DNA of 44,698 bases from Flavobacteriaceae bacterium (lineage in GTDB: Bacteria > Bacteroidota > Bacteroidia > Flavobacteriales > Flavobacteriaceae): assembly GCA_023254815.1 (NCBI GenBank), contig JALRKI010000072.1:1-44698 (forward strand), given 5' to 3'. Within the stretch, counting starts at the first letter, position 1. The number at the start of each line of letters is the position of its first letter. Positions 36,776 to 44,698 of the stretch are shown in pieces. Position numbers and translations under genes: made by a program. The notes below the pieces were generated by a model. It had not been told where the DNA came from. It made no database searches and worked only from the letters and a program-made list of their open reading frames with translations.

Positions 36776-39700
36776 TCTCTTTGATAAAATATTGATTAAC
36801 CTTAGCCGTAATCTTAGGCCTTAAAGGCAGCCTTTCCCTGTTCAATCGCTCAACAGTTGATTCAGCTCCCTTTGAGGGTTTAAAAACTTGATTGTCAGAC
36901 ATATAGGTCAAGTTTCCAGTTTTCGACTCTCTCTGCTCGTCACGACCTTGCAATTGTTCAGCCTCCTCAAACTTAAGCATTTCATAGACCAAATTATTCA
37001 TGGCTCCTTTAATAGACTCTGACTGTACTCGATTCAATATGTCGCGCTCCAACTGCTCCATTTCATCGAGGAGCTTTTGGCCTTCGACGCCACCACCCTT
37101 GGAATCTAGAAGTTTTTCAAACGCCTCCCGTAAGGCTTGTTGTTGCTTAAAGGCCTCGTATGTACTTTCAGCGTCACTTCCCTCGCCCCTTTGTCCAAAA
37201 GGTTTCTTCCCCTTTCCGGAATCCATGGACTCCTCACTGTTAATGCTATCAGGTTTCTTTCCCGTCCTCTCTGCCAACTTCTCTTGACTCATAATGATGT
37301 CCGGAAGTTGCATATCTCCATCACCCGCCCCTGGGTTTGGCGCCATTTGCATGTTCAAATTATCTAGCATCTCGCTCAGTTGGTCGGCTAAAGCGTTCGT
37401 TGCGTTCATTACAAACTGCTGCGCTGCCAAACCCTCGTTAATTTGACTGTCAGCCAGCCCATTAAGAGCTTTATCGGTATAAAAATATACATCACTAATC
37501 AATCCATTGATGCGCTCAGAGAGCATAGGTTGTCGCAGAGACAAGACGAAAAGACTGTCATCAACGTGTTTGAAATTGTTCTTCAAATCTTGCTGAGTTT
37601 GCATCAGCTTGGGGTAATCGAAGGCCAGATTCCTTTGGGATTCAAATTTTGCCATCAACGCCTCTTGGCTAAAAGAAAATCGCAGCAAATTGTCCAATAT
37701 CTGTCGGAGCATTTCTATGTCTTCAGACAACTGCTGTCCGCCTCCACCCATTGGCATTTGGTTCATTTGCTTTGCCAACTTTTTTATTCCATTAGCGGCG
37801 CTTGATTGTTGCTTTTTTGGGCTCACCCCACTTTTCAATTGTTGGAGGGCAGATTGCTGGTCGCGCCTAACCTCAGATTCGGTAGCTTTGTCACGCTGCA
37901 TGTCAAAAGGCTTCTTAAGTTCCAAATTTTCCTTTTGTAGCTCGTCCATTTCCTTTAAAATATCTTGAAAAGAATTCCCCAATTCTTCTTGATCCGAAGG
38001 CATAGATTCTGTCGGTTCATCACCAGCCAAAGCCTCTTGTTCTGCCGCCAATTCTTCTAAAGAATCTGCAATTTGTCTTGCCTTTTGAGTTACATAGTAT
38101 CGCTTAGTCAACTCCAAAACTTGGGCCATACTTTTTTGAGCGCTCTGCTTTTGTTTGGACAATTGCTCGAGGCGATCAGATAAGTCAAAATTGCTAAGCT
38201 TCTCAGCGTACCTCTGGATTTCTTCACGCAACTGCTCATTTTTGTTAATCTCCTTCTCCTGTTCCTCAATTCTATTCCGCAGTGCCTCAGCCATTGGATC
38301 GTTTGGATACTCCACACTCTGATTCTCAAGGGACATTTTGGTTGTCTTGTTAAATGATTTCATCAAGGCGTCCTGCTGCCGCTGGCGCTCAAGATTTTCC
38401 TTTAATTTCTGCTTTTCAGAAAAACTCAACTGAGCCTTTTCCAGTTGCGCTCTCCTAATTTCGTCAAGAGTCTTTTCGTCGATCTCATTTTGTTTCGCCA
38501 CAGACTCAAGTCCTTCCACCGCTGCACTTTGACGTCTAAGCAGCTCTTCATTTTTTTCAAGTTCAGTCAAAACGCCAAAACGAAACCATTGGGTCGAAGC
38601 GCTCTTTCCTCCATGAACTCCGTCGTTGTCCATGGCGGTGAACCTAACTTCATAGGTCTTGCCAGCTTCCAAGGTCAGGCCAGCCGGAAAAGAGGCTGAA
38701 AACGGAACAATAGCAGCAGGATTCAGGTCAAACTTTACTACTTCAGGACTGGCTTCGGTTCCGAGAATTCTGTATTCCAAGTTTAAGCCAACAATAGCAT
38801 AATCATCAGAAGCAATTCCTTCAAACTGCATCTCATTCCAATTTAAAGCATCTGTACTTTGTTCAATGAAAATTTCTGGATCTGCATCCTTAATTATTCC
38901 AACGTCAAAGCTAAGCCTTTCATAATTAGGAAGATCGCCATTACTCAAAGCCACATCTACAATGCCACTAGAAAACACACGCCATTCTGCCTCAAAAACG
39001 GAAGTCCTTGATGTCACATTAACAGGGTTTTCGCCGGAATTAACTGAGACCATTTCGGTGTCTTCGGTTTCAAGCTGAAGGCTGATTATGGTGCCCTCAG
39101 GCAGCGCTAGGTTCTGAAAGGATTGAAGGAACTCTGTACTCCTTCCTGTATGATTTGGAAAATTTAGCCTCATGTTTATCCCAATAAGTTTTGGAGGATT
39201 GACCACAATCATCTCAAACCGCTCGGAGTGCACGATTTCACTTTCAATATAAAAAGGAAAGCTTTGAACAACACTTTCAAAAACATAAACAAAAGCACCA
39301 TTTCGATTCTTTCGCATCTCAAAACGACCCACTTCTGTATTGACAAATACCCTGTCTGGCACTTGCTCGCCAATTACAGAAACAATAAGCTCAAAATCAC
39401 TGTTTGATACAACCTTCAAGGATTGCGGGTCAATTACAAAAGTGTAGGGGGGTGGCGGTGTGAAGGTCTGTCGAAATCGGATAACCCGATCAATTCCTGA
39501 AGCGAAATTAGACCAACCGCCAACACTCAAAATAATCATTATAGCAAGAACGACAGGAATCATTCCAAGCCCTTTTTTAAAAGCTCTGTTCCAGTCTATT
39601 ATACTAAGAAAATTAAGGGGAATCAATCGTTCAGACTTTTGCTTAATACTGGCATCCACCAAGTCCGATTGCTCTCCAGATTGGGCCAATTGCACCAAAT

Positions 39701-40022
39701 TAACCAGTTGATCTCCAACAGCCTTGTCCCTATCGGCAATGTAACTTGCCGCCTCTATAGGCTTCATTCCAAACTCAGGCCTCAGCCATTTCCATAGGAA
39801 GCGTCCGACTAAACGAAGCCAAAAAAACAGAAAACCAGCAATCGCTGTCAAAACAAGAATTGTCTTGGTTGTTTTGCCTAGCCACAACCATTGCTCGAAC
39901 AACACAAGCAACACAAATAGGGAAGCAGCGACCGACAAACACAACAAGCTCCCTGCCACTATTCTATTCAAATAATACAGGCGGACAAAATTTCTAAGCT
40001 TAATGGCGATCTGACCAAACAT
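36768..40022 (-). CDS. Giant membrane-anchored coiled-coil protein of unknown function (DUF4175-like from memory)
   Basis: About 1084 aa from the ATG at 40022, which lies 14 nt downstream of a TACTTTTG box. N-terminal TM helices, a beta-rich middle and a long E/Q/K-rich helical C-terminal half. The stop overlaps the ybeY start by 8 nt. Confidence 0.65.
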   Translation of the reverse strand: MFGQIAIKLRNFVRLYYLNRIVAGSLLCLSVAASLFVLLVLFEQWLWLGKTTKTILVLTAIAGFLFFWLRLVGRFLWKWLRPEFGMKPIEAASYIADRDKAVGDQLVNLVQLAQSGEQSDLVDASIKQKSERLIPLNFLSIIDWNRAFKKGLGMIPVVLAIMIILSVGGWSNFASGIDRVIRFRQTFTPPPPYTFVIDPQSLKVVSNSDFELIVSVIGEQVPDRVFVNTEVGRFEMRKNRNGAFVYVFESVVQSFPFYIESEIVHSERFEMIVVNPPKLIGINMRLNFPNHTGRSTEFLQSFQNLALPEGTIISLQLETEDTEMVSVNSGENPVNVTSRTSVFEAEWRVFSSGIVDVALSNGDLPNYERLSFDVGIIKDADPEIFIEQSTDALNWNEMQFEGIASDDYAIVGLNLEYRILGTEASPEVVKFDLNPAAIVPFSASFPAGLTLEAGKTYEVRFTAMDNDGVHGGKSASTQWFRFGVLTELEKNEELLRRQSAAVEGLESVAKQNEIDEKTLDEIRRAQLEKAQLSFSEKQKLKENLERQRQQDALMKSFNKTTKMSLENQSVEYPNDPMAEALRNRIEEQEKEINKNEQLREEIQRYAEKLSNFDLSDRLEQLSKQKQSAQKSMAQVLELTKRYYVTQKARQIADSLEELAAEQEALAGDEPTESMPSDQEELGNSFQDILKEMDELQKENLELKKPFDMQRDKATESEVRRDQQSALQQLKSGVSPKKQQSSAANGIKKLAKQMNQMPMGGGGQQLSEDIEMLRQILDNLLRFSFSQEALMAKFESQRNLAFDYPKLMQTQQDLKNNFKHVDDSLFVLSLRQPMLSERINGLISDVYFYTDKALNGLADSQINEGLAAQQFVMNATNALADQLSEMLDNLNMQMAPNPGAGDGDMQLPDIIMSQEKLAERTGKKPDSINSEESMDSGKGKKPFGQRGEGSDAESTYEAFKQQQALREAFEKLLDSKGGGVEGQKLLDEMEQLERDILNRVQSESIKGAMNNLVYEMLKFEEAEQLQGRDEQRESKTGNLTYMSDNQVFKPSKGAESTVERLNRERLPLRPKITAKVNQYFIKEND

Positions 40023-40036
40023 TGTACTCAATAATT

Positions 40037-40044
40037 CAAAAGTA
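40037..40044 (-). promoter_or_regulatory. -7 box TACTTTTG for the giant-protein/ybeY operon
   Basis: The plus strand reads CAAAAGTA, 14 nt from the ATG at 40022. Confidence 0.4.
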
Positions 40045-40100
40045 AAATTACGATAATTAAGTATAGCGCAAATTGCACGCCACATTAATGGCTTAGATGT

Positions 40101-40108
40101 TATCTTTG
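40101..40108 (+). promoter_or_regulatory. -7 box TATCTTTG for gltX
   Basis: Exact TAnnTTTG, 16 nt upstream of the ATG at 40125. Confidence 0.4.
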
Positions 40109-40124
40109 CCTCAAATCCAGAGCC

Positions 40125-41633
40125 ATGAGTTCTCAAGTACGCGTGCGTTTTGCCCCAAGCCCAACGGGCCCGCTTCATATTGGCGGGTTAAGGACCGCTC
40201 TATTTAATTACCTGCTTGCCAAGCAACAGGGAGGCACCTTTATATTACGTGTCGAAGACACTGATCAAAAAAGGTATGTTTCCGGCGCAGAAGAATATAT
40301 TATAGATTCACTGGAATGGTGTAATATCCCAGCCGATGAAAGTCCAAAAAATCCTGGGAAATTTGGTCCATACCGTCAAAGTGAAAGACGTGAAATTTAC
40401 ACCGCCTGGGTTAAAACCCTTGTTGACAACGGCAGCGCCTATTACGCCTTTGACAGCAACGAAGAACTGGATCGTTTGCGTAAAGAACAAGAGTTTTTAG
40501 GCCAAACATTTATCTATAATTTTACCAACAGACAATCGCTTTCTAACAGCCTTACTTTGACCGAGGAAGATGTTCAACGTCGCTTGCAGTCTGGTCAACC
40601 CTATGTCATTCGCTTCAAAGTGCCTCAAGGCAGATCTTTAGAAATGAACGACTTGATAAGAGGAAGAATCGTTATTGATTGTAACACCTTGGATGATAAA
40701 ATCCTCTTCAAAAGCGATGGGATGCCAACTTATCATTTGGCCAACGTTGTAGACGATCATTTAATGGAGATTACCCACGTCATTCGGGGTGAGGAGTGGT
40801 TGCCATCCATGGCCTTGCACGTCTTACTGTATGAAGCTTTTGGTTGGGATAAGCCTGAATTTGCCCATCTGCCGTTAATTCTTAAACCCTCTGGCAATGG
40901 AAAACTGAGTAAACGAGATGGGGACCAGCTGGGATTTCCTGTTTTTCCTCTCGACTGGAATTCAGAAGGATCAATCACGAAAGGATTCAAAGGAGCCGGT
41001 TACTTGCCCGATGCCTTGTTGAATTTTCTTGGCCTATTGGGATGGAACCCTGGTACAGATCAAGAGTTATTCAGCCTTGAAGAAATGGTCAATGCCTTCA
41101 GTCTCAACAACGTGAATAAAGCTGGGGCTCGTTTTGACATAGAAAAACTCAATTGGTTCAATCAGCAATATTTGGCTCAGATGCCTTTAAATGAACTGGT
41201 TGTAAGCGTGCGACAGCACTATCCGAGTCTCTCTAAGGTATCGGATGAAGCATTGTCAAAAATCTTAACACTCATTCAAGAACGGTTGGAGTTTATTGCA
41301 GACTTTTGGAATGTGGCCCATTATTTTTTCGAACCCCTAAGTGCTTACAACGAAAAAGCGCTGGCAAGAGTAGTAAAGGCCGAGACCTCATCCATTATTG
41401 CGTCGGTTCGAAATGTTGTTGAGGCCCAAGATGACTGTTCTGCAGCGGGGTTGCAAATGGCTCTAAAAGCTTGGATAACTTCTCAAAACATTGGATTTGG
41501 CGGTGTAATGCAGCCCCTTCGACTGGCATTGGTCGGAGACCTCAAAGGGCCTGATGTTTTTGAAATCATGAGTCTATTAGGGAAAGAAGAAGTGTGCTTT
41601 CGGCTTGCCCGTTTTCAAGAGAGCCTTAAATAG
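40125..41633 (+). CDS. gltX: Glutamate-tRNA ligase
   Basis: RFAPSPTGPLHIGG (HIGH motif) and GKLSKRDG (KMSKS motif); 502 aa. Confidence 0.95.
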   Translation: MSSQVRVRFAPSPTGPLHIGGLRTALFNYLLAKQQGGTFILRVEDTDQKRYVSGAEEYIIDSLEWCNIPADESPKNPGKFGPYRQSERREIYTAWVKTLVDNGSAYYAFDSNEELDRLRKEQEFLGQTFIYNFTNRQSLSNSLTLTEEDVQRRLQSGQPYVIRFKVPQGRSLEMNDLIRGRIVIDCNTLDDKILFKSDGMPTYHLANVVDDHLMEITHVIRGEEWLPSMALHVLLYEAFGWDKPEFAHLPLILKPSGNGKLSKRDGDQLGFPVFPLDWNSEGSITKGFKGAGYLPDALLNFLGLLGWNPGTDQELFSLEEMVNAFSLNNVNKAGARFDIEKLNWFNQQYLAQMPLNELVVSVRQHYPSLSKVSDEALSKILTLIQERLEFIADFWNVAHYFFEPLSAYNEKALARVVKAETSSIIASVRNVVEAQDDCSAAGLQMALKAWITSQNIGFGGVMQPLRLALVGDLKGPDVFEIMSLLGKEEVCFRLARFQESLK

Positions 41634-41699
41634 GTTGATTTGATTGTTGTTCTATTATTCACTACTTTTAAGCTTAAACTAATATAAACCCAAAACGTT

Positions 41700-42635
41700 A
41701 TGCCTCCATTTGTTTTTACCATCATTTATTCTTTAATAGGCTTCTTAATTCTACTTTCCGTGTTTTTCACCGTAAAGCAACAAACTGCAGCCATAATTGA
41801 ACGATTTGGAAAATTCCACTCTATTCGTCACTCTGGTTTACAAATTAAAGTTCCATTGATCGACAAAATTTCAGGAAGACTGAGTCTTAAAATACAGCAG
41901 CTCGACGTTATTATTGAAACGAAAACCTTGGACGACGTATTCGTTAGGTTAAAAGTATCAGTGCAGTACAAGGTCATAGGAGAAAAAGTTTATGAAGCCT
42001 ATTACAAGCTTGACTATCCTCATGAACAAATTACGTCATACGTTTTTGACGTGGTTCGTGCCGAAGTGCCAAAAATGAAACTCGATGATGTGTTTGTTAA
42101 AAAGGACGATATTGCCATTGCGGTTAAAGCCGAGCTAAACGATGCCATGTCTGACTATGGCTATGACATCATAAAGACGCTTGTTACTGACATTGACCCT
42201 GACGCGCAGGTGAAATCAGCAATGAACCGCATCAACGCCTCAGAGCGGGAAAAAATTGCTGCCCAATATGAAGGTGACGCCCAGCGCATTCTGATTGTAG
42301 AAAAGGCTAAGGCTGAGGCCGAAAGCAAACGTTTACAAGGACAAGGTATCGCCGATCAAAGAAGAGAAATAGCAAGAGGTCTCGAAGAGTCTGTGGAAGT
42401 GCTCAACAAAGTGGGTATTAATTCTCAAGAAGCTTCTGCGCTTATCGTGGTAACACAGCATTACGACACCTTACAGTCGCTAGGGGAAGGAACCAATAGT
42501 AACCTCATTTTATTACCCAACACTCCTCAAGCTGGTAGCAACATGCTTAATGACATGGTTGCAAGTTTTTCAGCCAGTAATCAAATTGGTGAGGCTATTA
42601 AAAACGGGAATAATAAGAAAAAAAATAACCTTTAG
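41700..42635 (+). CDS. SPFH/band-7 (stomatin-like) membrane protein
   Basis: An N-terminal TM helix, an SPFH core (...ERFGKFHSIRHSGLQIKVPLIDK...), a coiled-coil region and an N/K-rich tail. Confidence 0.85.
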   Translation: MPPFVFTIIYSLIGFLILLSVFFTVKQQTAAIIERFGKFHSIRHSGLQIKVPLIDKISGRLSLKIQQLDVIIETKTLDDVFVRLKVSVQYKVIGEKVYEAYYKLDYPHEQITSYVFDVVRAEVPKMKLDDVFVKKDDIAIAVKAELNDAMSDYGYDIIKTLVTDIDPDAQVKSAMNRINASEREKIAAQYEGDAQRILIVEKAKAEAESKRLQGQGIADQRREIARGLEESVEVLNKVGINSQEASALIVVTQHYDTLQSLGEGTNSNLILLPNTPQAGSNMLNDMVASFSASNQIGEAIKNGNNKKKNNL

Positions 42636-42637
42636 AA

Positions 42638-44656
42638 CTAATAGAGTTTTTTCGCTTCTTCCGACAACAAGGCGTCCTCATCTTCTCGCGCGGATAGCAG
42701 GAAGGCCGTCAACTCCTCTGTAGGCTCGCCTCCTTGCTTTAGCCACACGCTTGCAGCTAAAAGTGTGACGATGCGGGTTCCAATTTTCTTTTGTGCGGTT
42801 TGGAACAACGGCTGTAAGTCTTCATAACTTACCTCTTTTGCCAAAGTCAAAACATCTTCCCTGACTTTGAGGCGTTTGTCTTCGGGCAAATTTGTGTATT
42901 TCTTGCCAAAACGCTTAATTTCTTCAATAGCCAATCTTAGCGATTCGTTCGAATTAGATGCTTTTTCAGGGTTGGGCTGGGCTGGCTTTTTGGTCCAATT
43001 GTCTCTTAGTCCGACCGTTTTATTGAAAACCAGGCGGTCGGTTGTGCTGTCTTGGTCAACCACAAAATAGCCCAGTCTTTGAAACTGAAAGTGATCCCCG
43101 TGTTTAGAATTGGACAGGGATGGCTCAACATAAGCCTCGACGCTATGAAGAGACTCTGGATTGAGGTAAGACATGAAATCAACTTCCTTGTCTGTGTCTG
43201 GGGATTCGTGCATGAATAGACGATCGTATACCCTAACTTCAGCCCTGATTGCGTGAGCTTCAGAAACCCAATGGAGCGTGCCCTTAACCTTTCTCAAGCT
43301 AGCTTCGCTGCCACTGCCGCTCAAACTTTCTGGATCGTAACTGCAATGAACTTCCTGAATGTGCCCGTTAGAATCCTTTACCACGCTCTCTGCCTTGATA
43401 ATATAAGCATTTTTAAGCCTGACTTCTTGCCCTAACGACAATCTAAAAAACTTGGCTTCACCAACTTCTTTAAAATCTTCCCTTTCTATTAAAAGTGTTT
43501 TTGAAAAAGGAATCTGTCTTTCGCCTGCAGTGGGATCTTCAGGATTTATCTCTCCCGACAACATTTCTGTGCCTTTCGCATCATAATTTGATAGAATCAG
43601 TTTAATGGGGTCTAAAACTGCCATTGCTCGTGGCGCAATTAGATTTAAATCTTCGCGAACGCAGAATTCCAAAAGCGCCACATCAATGATGTTGTCTCGT
43701 TTGGCTACCCCAACAGTTTCGACAAAGTTTCTTAAGGAATTTGGTGTATAACCACGCCTTCTTAGTCCAGAAATTGTAGGCATACGTGGGTCGTCCCAGC
43801 CATTAACAATCCCTTCTTCTACAAGTCTCAACAGTTTTCTTTTGCTCATAACCGTGTAAGAGAGATTTAGCCGGGCAAATTCTCTTTGTTTAGGCAACAG
43901 CCTGCTGTCTGTCGCTATTTGTTTCAAAAACCAATCATACAAATCTCTGTGAGGCTTGAATTCTAGAGAGCATAAGGAGTGTGAAATGTTTTCGATGTAG
44001 TCACTTTGGCCATGAGCCCAATCATACATGGGGTAAATACACCAGTCTCGGCCCGTTCTGTGATGGGATTGCTTTAAAATACGATAAAGAATAGGGTCTC
44101 GCATTAGCATATTAGGGCTGGCCATGTCAATCTTTGCCCTAAGAACATGACTGCCTGAATCGTGCAAACCATCTTTCATTTCGTTGAAAAGCCGAAGATT
44201 CTCTTCAACAGTTCTGTTTCTGTATGGACTTGCTGACCCGGGGGAGGTTGGAGTGCCCTTTTGTGCAGCTATTTCGTCACTACTCTGAGAATCGACATAA
44301 GCCTTTCCGTCCATGATCAATAACAGAGCCCATTGATAAAGCTGATCAAAATAGTCAGACGTATAACATTCTTTATCCCATTGGTATCCTAGCCATAGAA
44401 TGTCCTCCTTAATAGCATCAACATATTTTTGCTCTTCCTTCGCTGGATTGGTATCGTCAAATCTCAAATTGACTGGCGCCCGGTAAGCCTCTCCAAGGCC
44501 AAAGCTAATTCCTAGAGCTTTGGTGTGCCCTATATGTAAAAACCCGTTGGGCTCAGGAGGAAAACGAAAGCGGAGGGAAGAAACAGACAGGCCGGCAGAC
44601 AAATCATCTTCGATAATTTGAGTAATAAAATTTTTAGTTGAGCGGGCTTCAGACAT
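42638..44656 (-). CDS. glnS: Glutamine-tRNA ligase with a ~113-aa C-terminal extension
   Basis: FPPEPNGFLHIGH (HIGH motif) and TVMSKRKL (KMSKS motif). Collinear with E. coli GlnRS up to TVGLRDNW, after which 118 more residues follow (E. coli has 5). Confidence 0.93.
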   Translation of the reverse strand: MSEARSTKNFITQIIEDDLSAGLSVSSLRFRFPPEPNGFLHIGHTKALGISFGLGEAYRAPVNLRFDDTNPAKEEQKYVDAIKEDILWLGYQWDKECYTSDYFDQLYQWALLLIMDGKAYVDSQSSDEIAAQKGTPTSPGSASPYRNRTVEENLRLFNEMKDGLHDSGSHVLRAKIDMASPNMLMRDPILYRILKQSHHRTGRDWCIYPMYDWAHGQSDYIENISHSLCSLEFKPHRDLYDWFLKQIATDSRLLPKQREFARLNLSYTVMSKRKLLRLVEEGIVNGWDDPRMPTISGLRRRGYTPNSLRNFVETVGVAKRDNIIDVALLEFCVREDLNLIAPRAMAVLDPIKLILSNYDAKGTEMLSGEINPEDPTAGERQIPFSKTLLIEREDFKEVGEAKFFRLSLGQEVRLKNAYIIKAESVVKDSNGHIQEVHCSYDPESLSGSGSEASLRKVKGTLHWVSEAHAIRAEVRVYDRLFMHESPDTDKEVDFMSYLNPESLHSVEAYVEPSLSNSKHGDHFQFQRLGYFVVDQDSTTDRLVFNKTVGLRDNWTKKPAQPNPEKASNSNESLRLAIEEIKRFGKKYTNLPEDKRLKVREDVLTLAKEVSYEDLQPLFQTAQKKIGTRIVTLLAASVWLKQGGEPTEELTAFLLSAREDEDALLSEEAKKLY

Positions 44657-44673
44657 CTTCTGTTATTGAACAG

Positions 44674-44681
44674 CAAATGTA
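44674..44681 (-). promoter_or_regulatory. -7 box TACATTTG for glnS
   Basis: The plus strand reads CAAATGTA, 17 nt from the ATG at 44656. Confidence 0.4.
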
Positions 44682-44698
44682 ATTAAAACGAAAAAACC

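Noticed and set aside
40023-40178. N-terminal extensions of the longest ORFs. These include the giant protein (which would overlap the gltX start) and also 14708-14818, 30259-30297, 31499-31549, 34395-34544 and 36307-36342.
   Set aside because: The extensions lack family-typical sequence and would erase the promoter regions or overlap neighbouring genes. Most of them contain the TAnnTTTG box itself. Internal ATGs give canonical N-termini.
41675-41684. TTAAGCTTAA palindrome upstream of the SPFH gene.
   Set aside because: It is only 10 bp and AT-rich. That is expected by chance in AT-rich spacer DNA, and it has no flanking structure.
1-44698. Scan for CRISPR arrays, tRNA/rRNA genes, transposases, integrases, toxin-antitoxin pairs, restriction-modification or other defence genes, and long direct repeats.
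   Set aside because: None was recognised by eye in any frame or in the spacers. The window looks like core chromosome plus one glycan locus. A computational repeat, tRNA and HMM scan would be needed to exclude small elements.

Overview
This is a gene-dense chromosomal segment of about 38 CDS, mostly on the minus strand. It reads as Bacteroidota, probably Flavobacteriia-like. Start codons lack Shine-Dalgarno-like sequences. I found 15 exact matches to the Bacteroidetes -7 promoter box TAnnTTTG; 14 lie 4-45 nt upstream of the start codons I chose. Phylum-typical genes are also present: a SprE/PorW-like TPR lipoprotein, bactofilin-AtpZ upstream of atpB, a GH3-family protein and DUF-type lipoproteins.

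Gene content, left to right:
- F1Fo ATP synthase atpB-E-F-H and partial atpA, preceded by a lipocalin-like lipoprotein, a small membrane protein, AtpZ, a bactofilin and the SprE-like lipoprotein.
- Prolyl oligopeptidase, then an ABC ATPase with a 491-aa polytopic membrane partner.
- An orphan FNR/2Fe-2S reductase, then a GT9 heptosyltransferase with a DUF4254-like partner.
- An ~11.5 kb polysaccharide locus, one strand and nearly gapless: Wzz-like, RmlD-like, two Wzy/WaaL-like proteins, two GT4, ugd, UDP-GlcA decarboxylase and the priming phosphoglycosyltransferase. It ends in purD.
- A translationally coupled M23-peptidase/GH3 pair.
- tatA, a lipoprotein, pgk, holB and ompH.
- A giant-membrane-coiled-coil/ybeY/mnmG/methyltransferase operon.
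- gltX, an SPFH protein, and a glnS with a ~113-aa C-terminal extension.

I found no rRNA, tRNA, CRISPR, transposase, integrase, phage or recognisable defence genes. Nothing here is an unambiguous new system. The best leads for undescribed biology are:
- the ~1084-aa DUF4175-like protein coupled to ybeY;
- the appended domain on GlnRS;
- the sprE-bactofilin-atpZ module in line with the ATP synthase genes;
- the M23-GH3 pair next to a uronic-acid polysaccharide locus;
- the ABC ATPase with its non-canonical membrane partner.

All DUF family names are recalled from typical annotations and need an HMM search to confirm.
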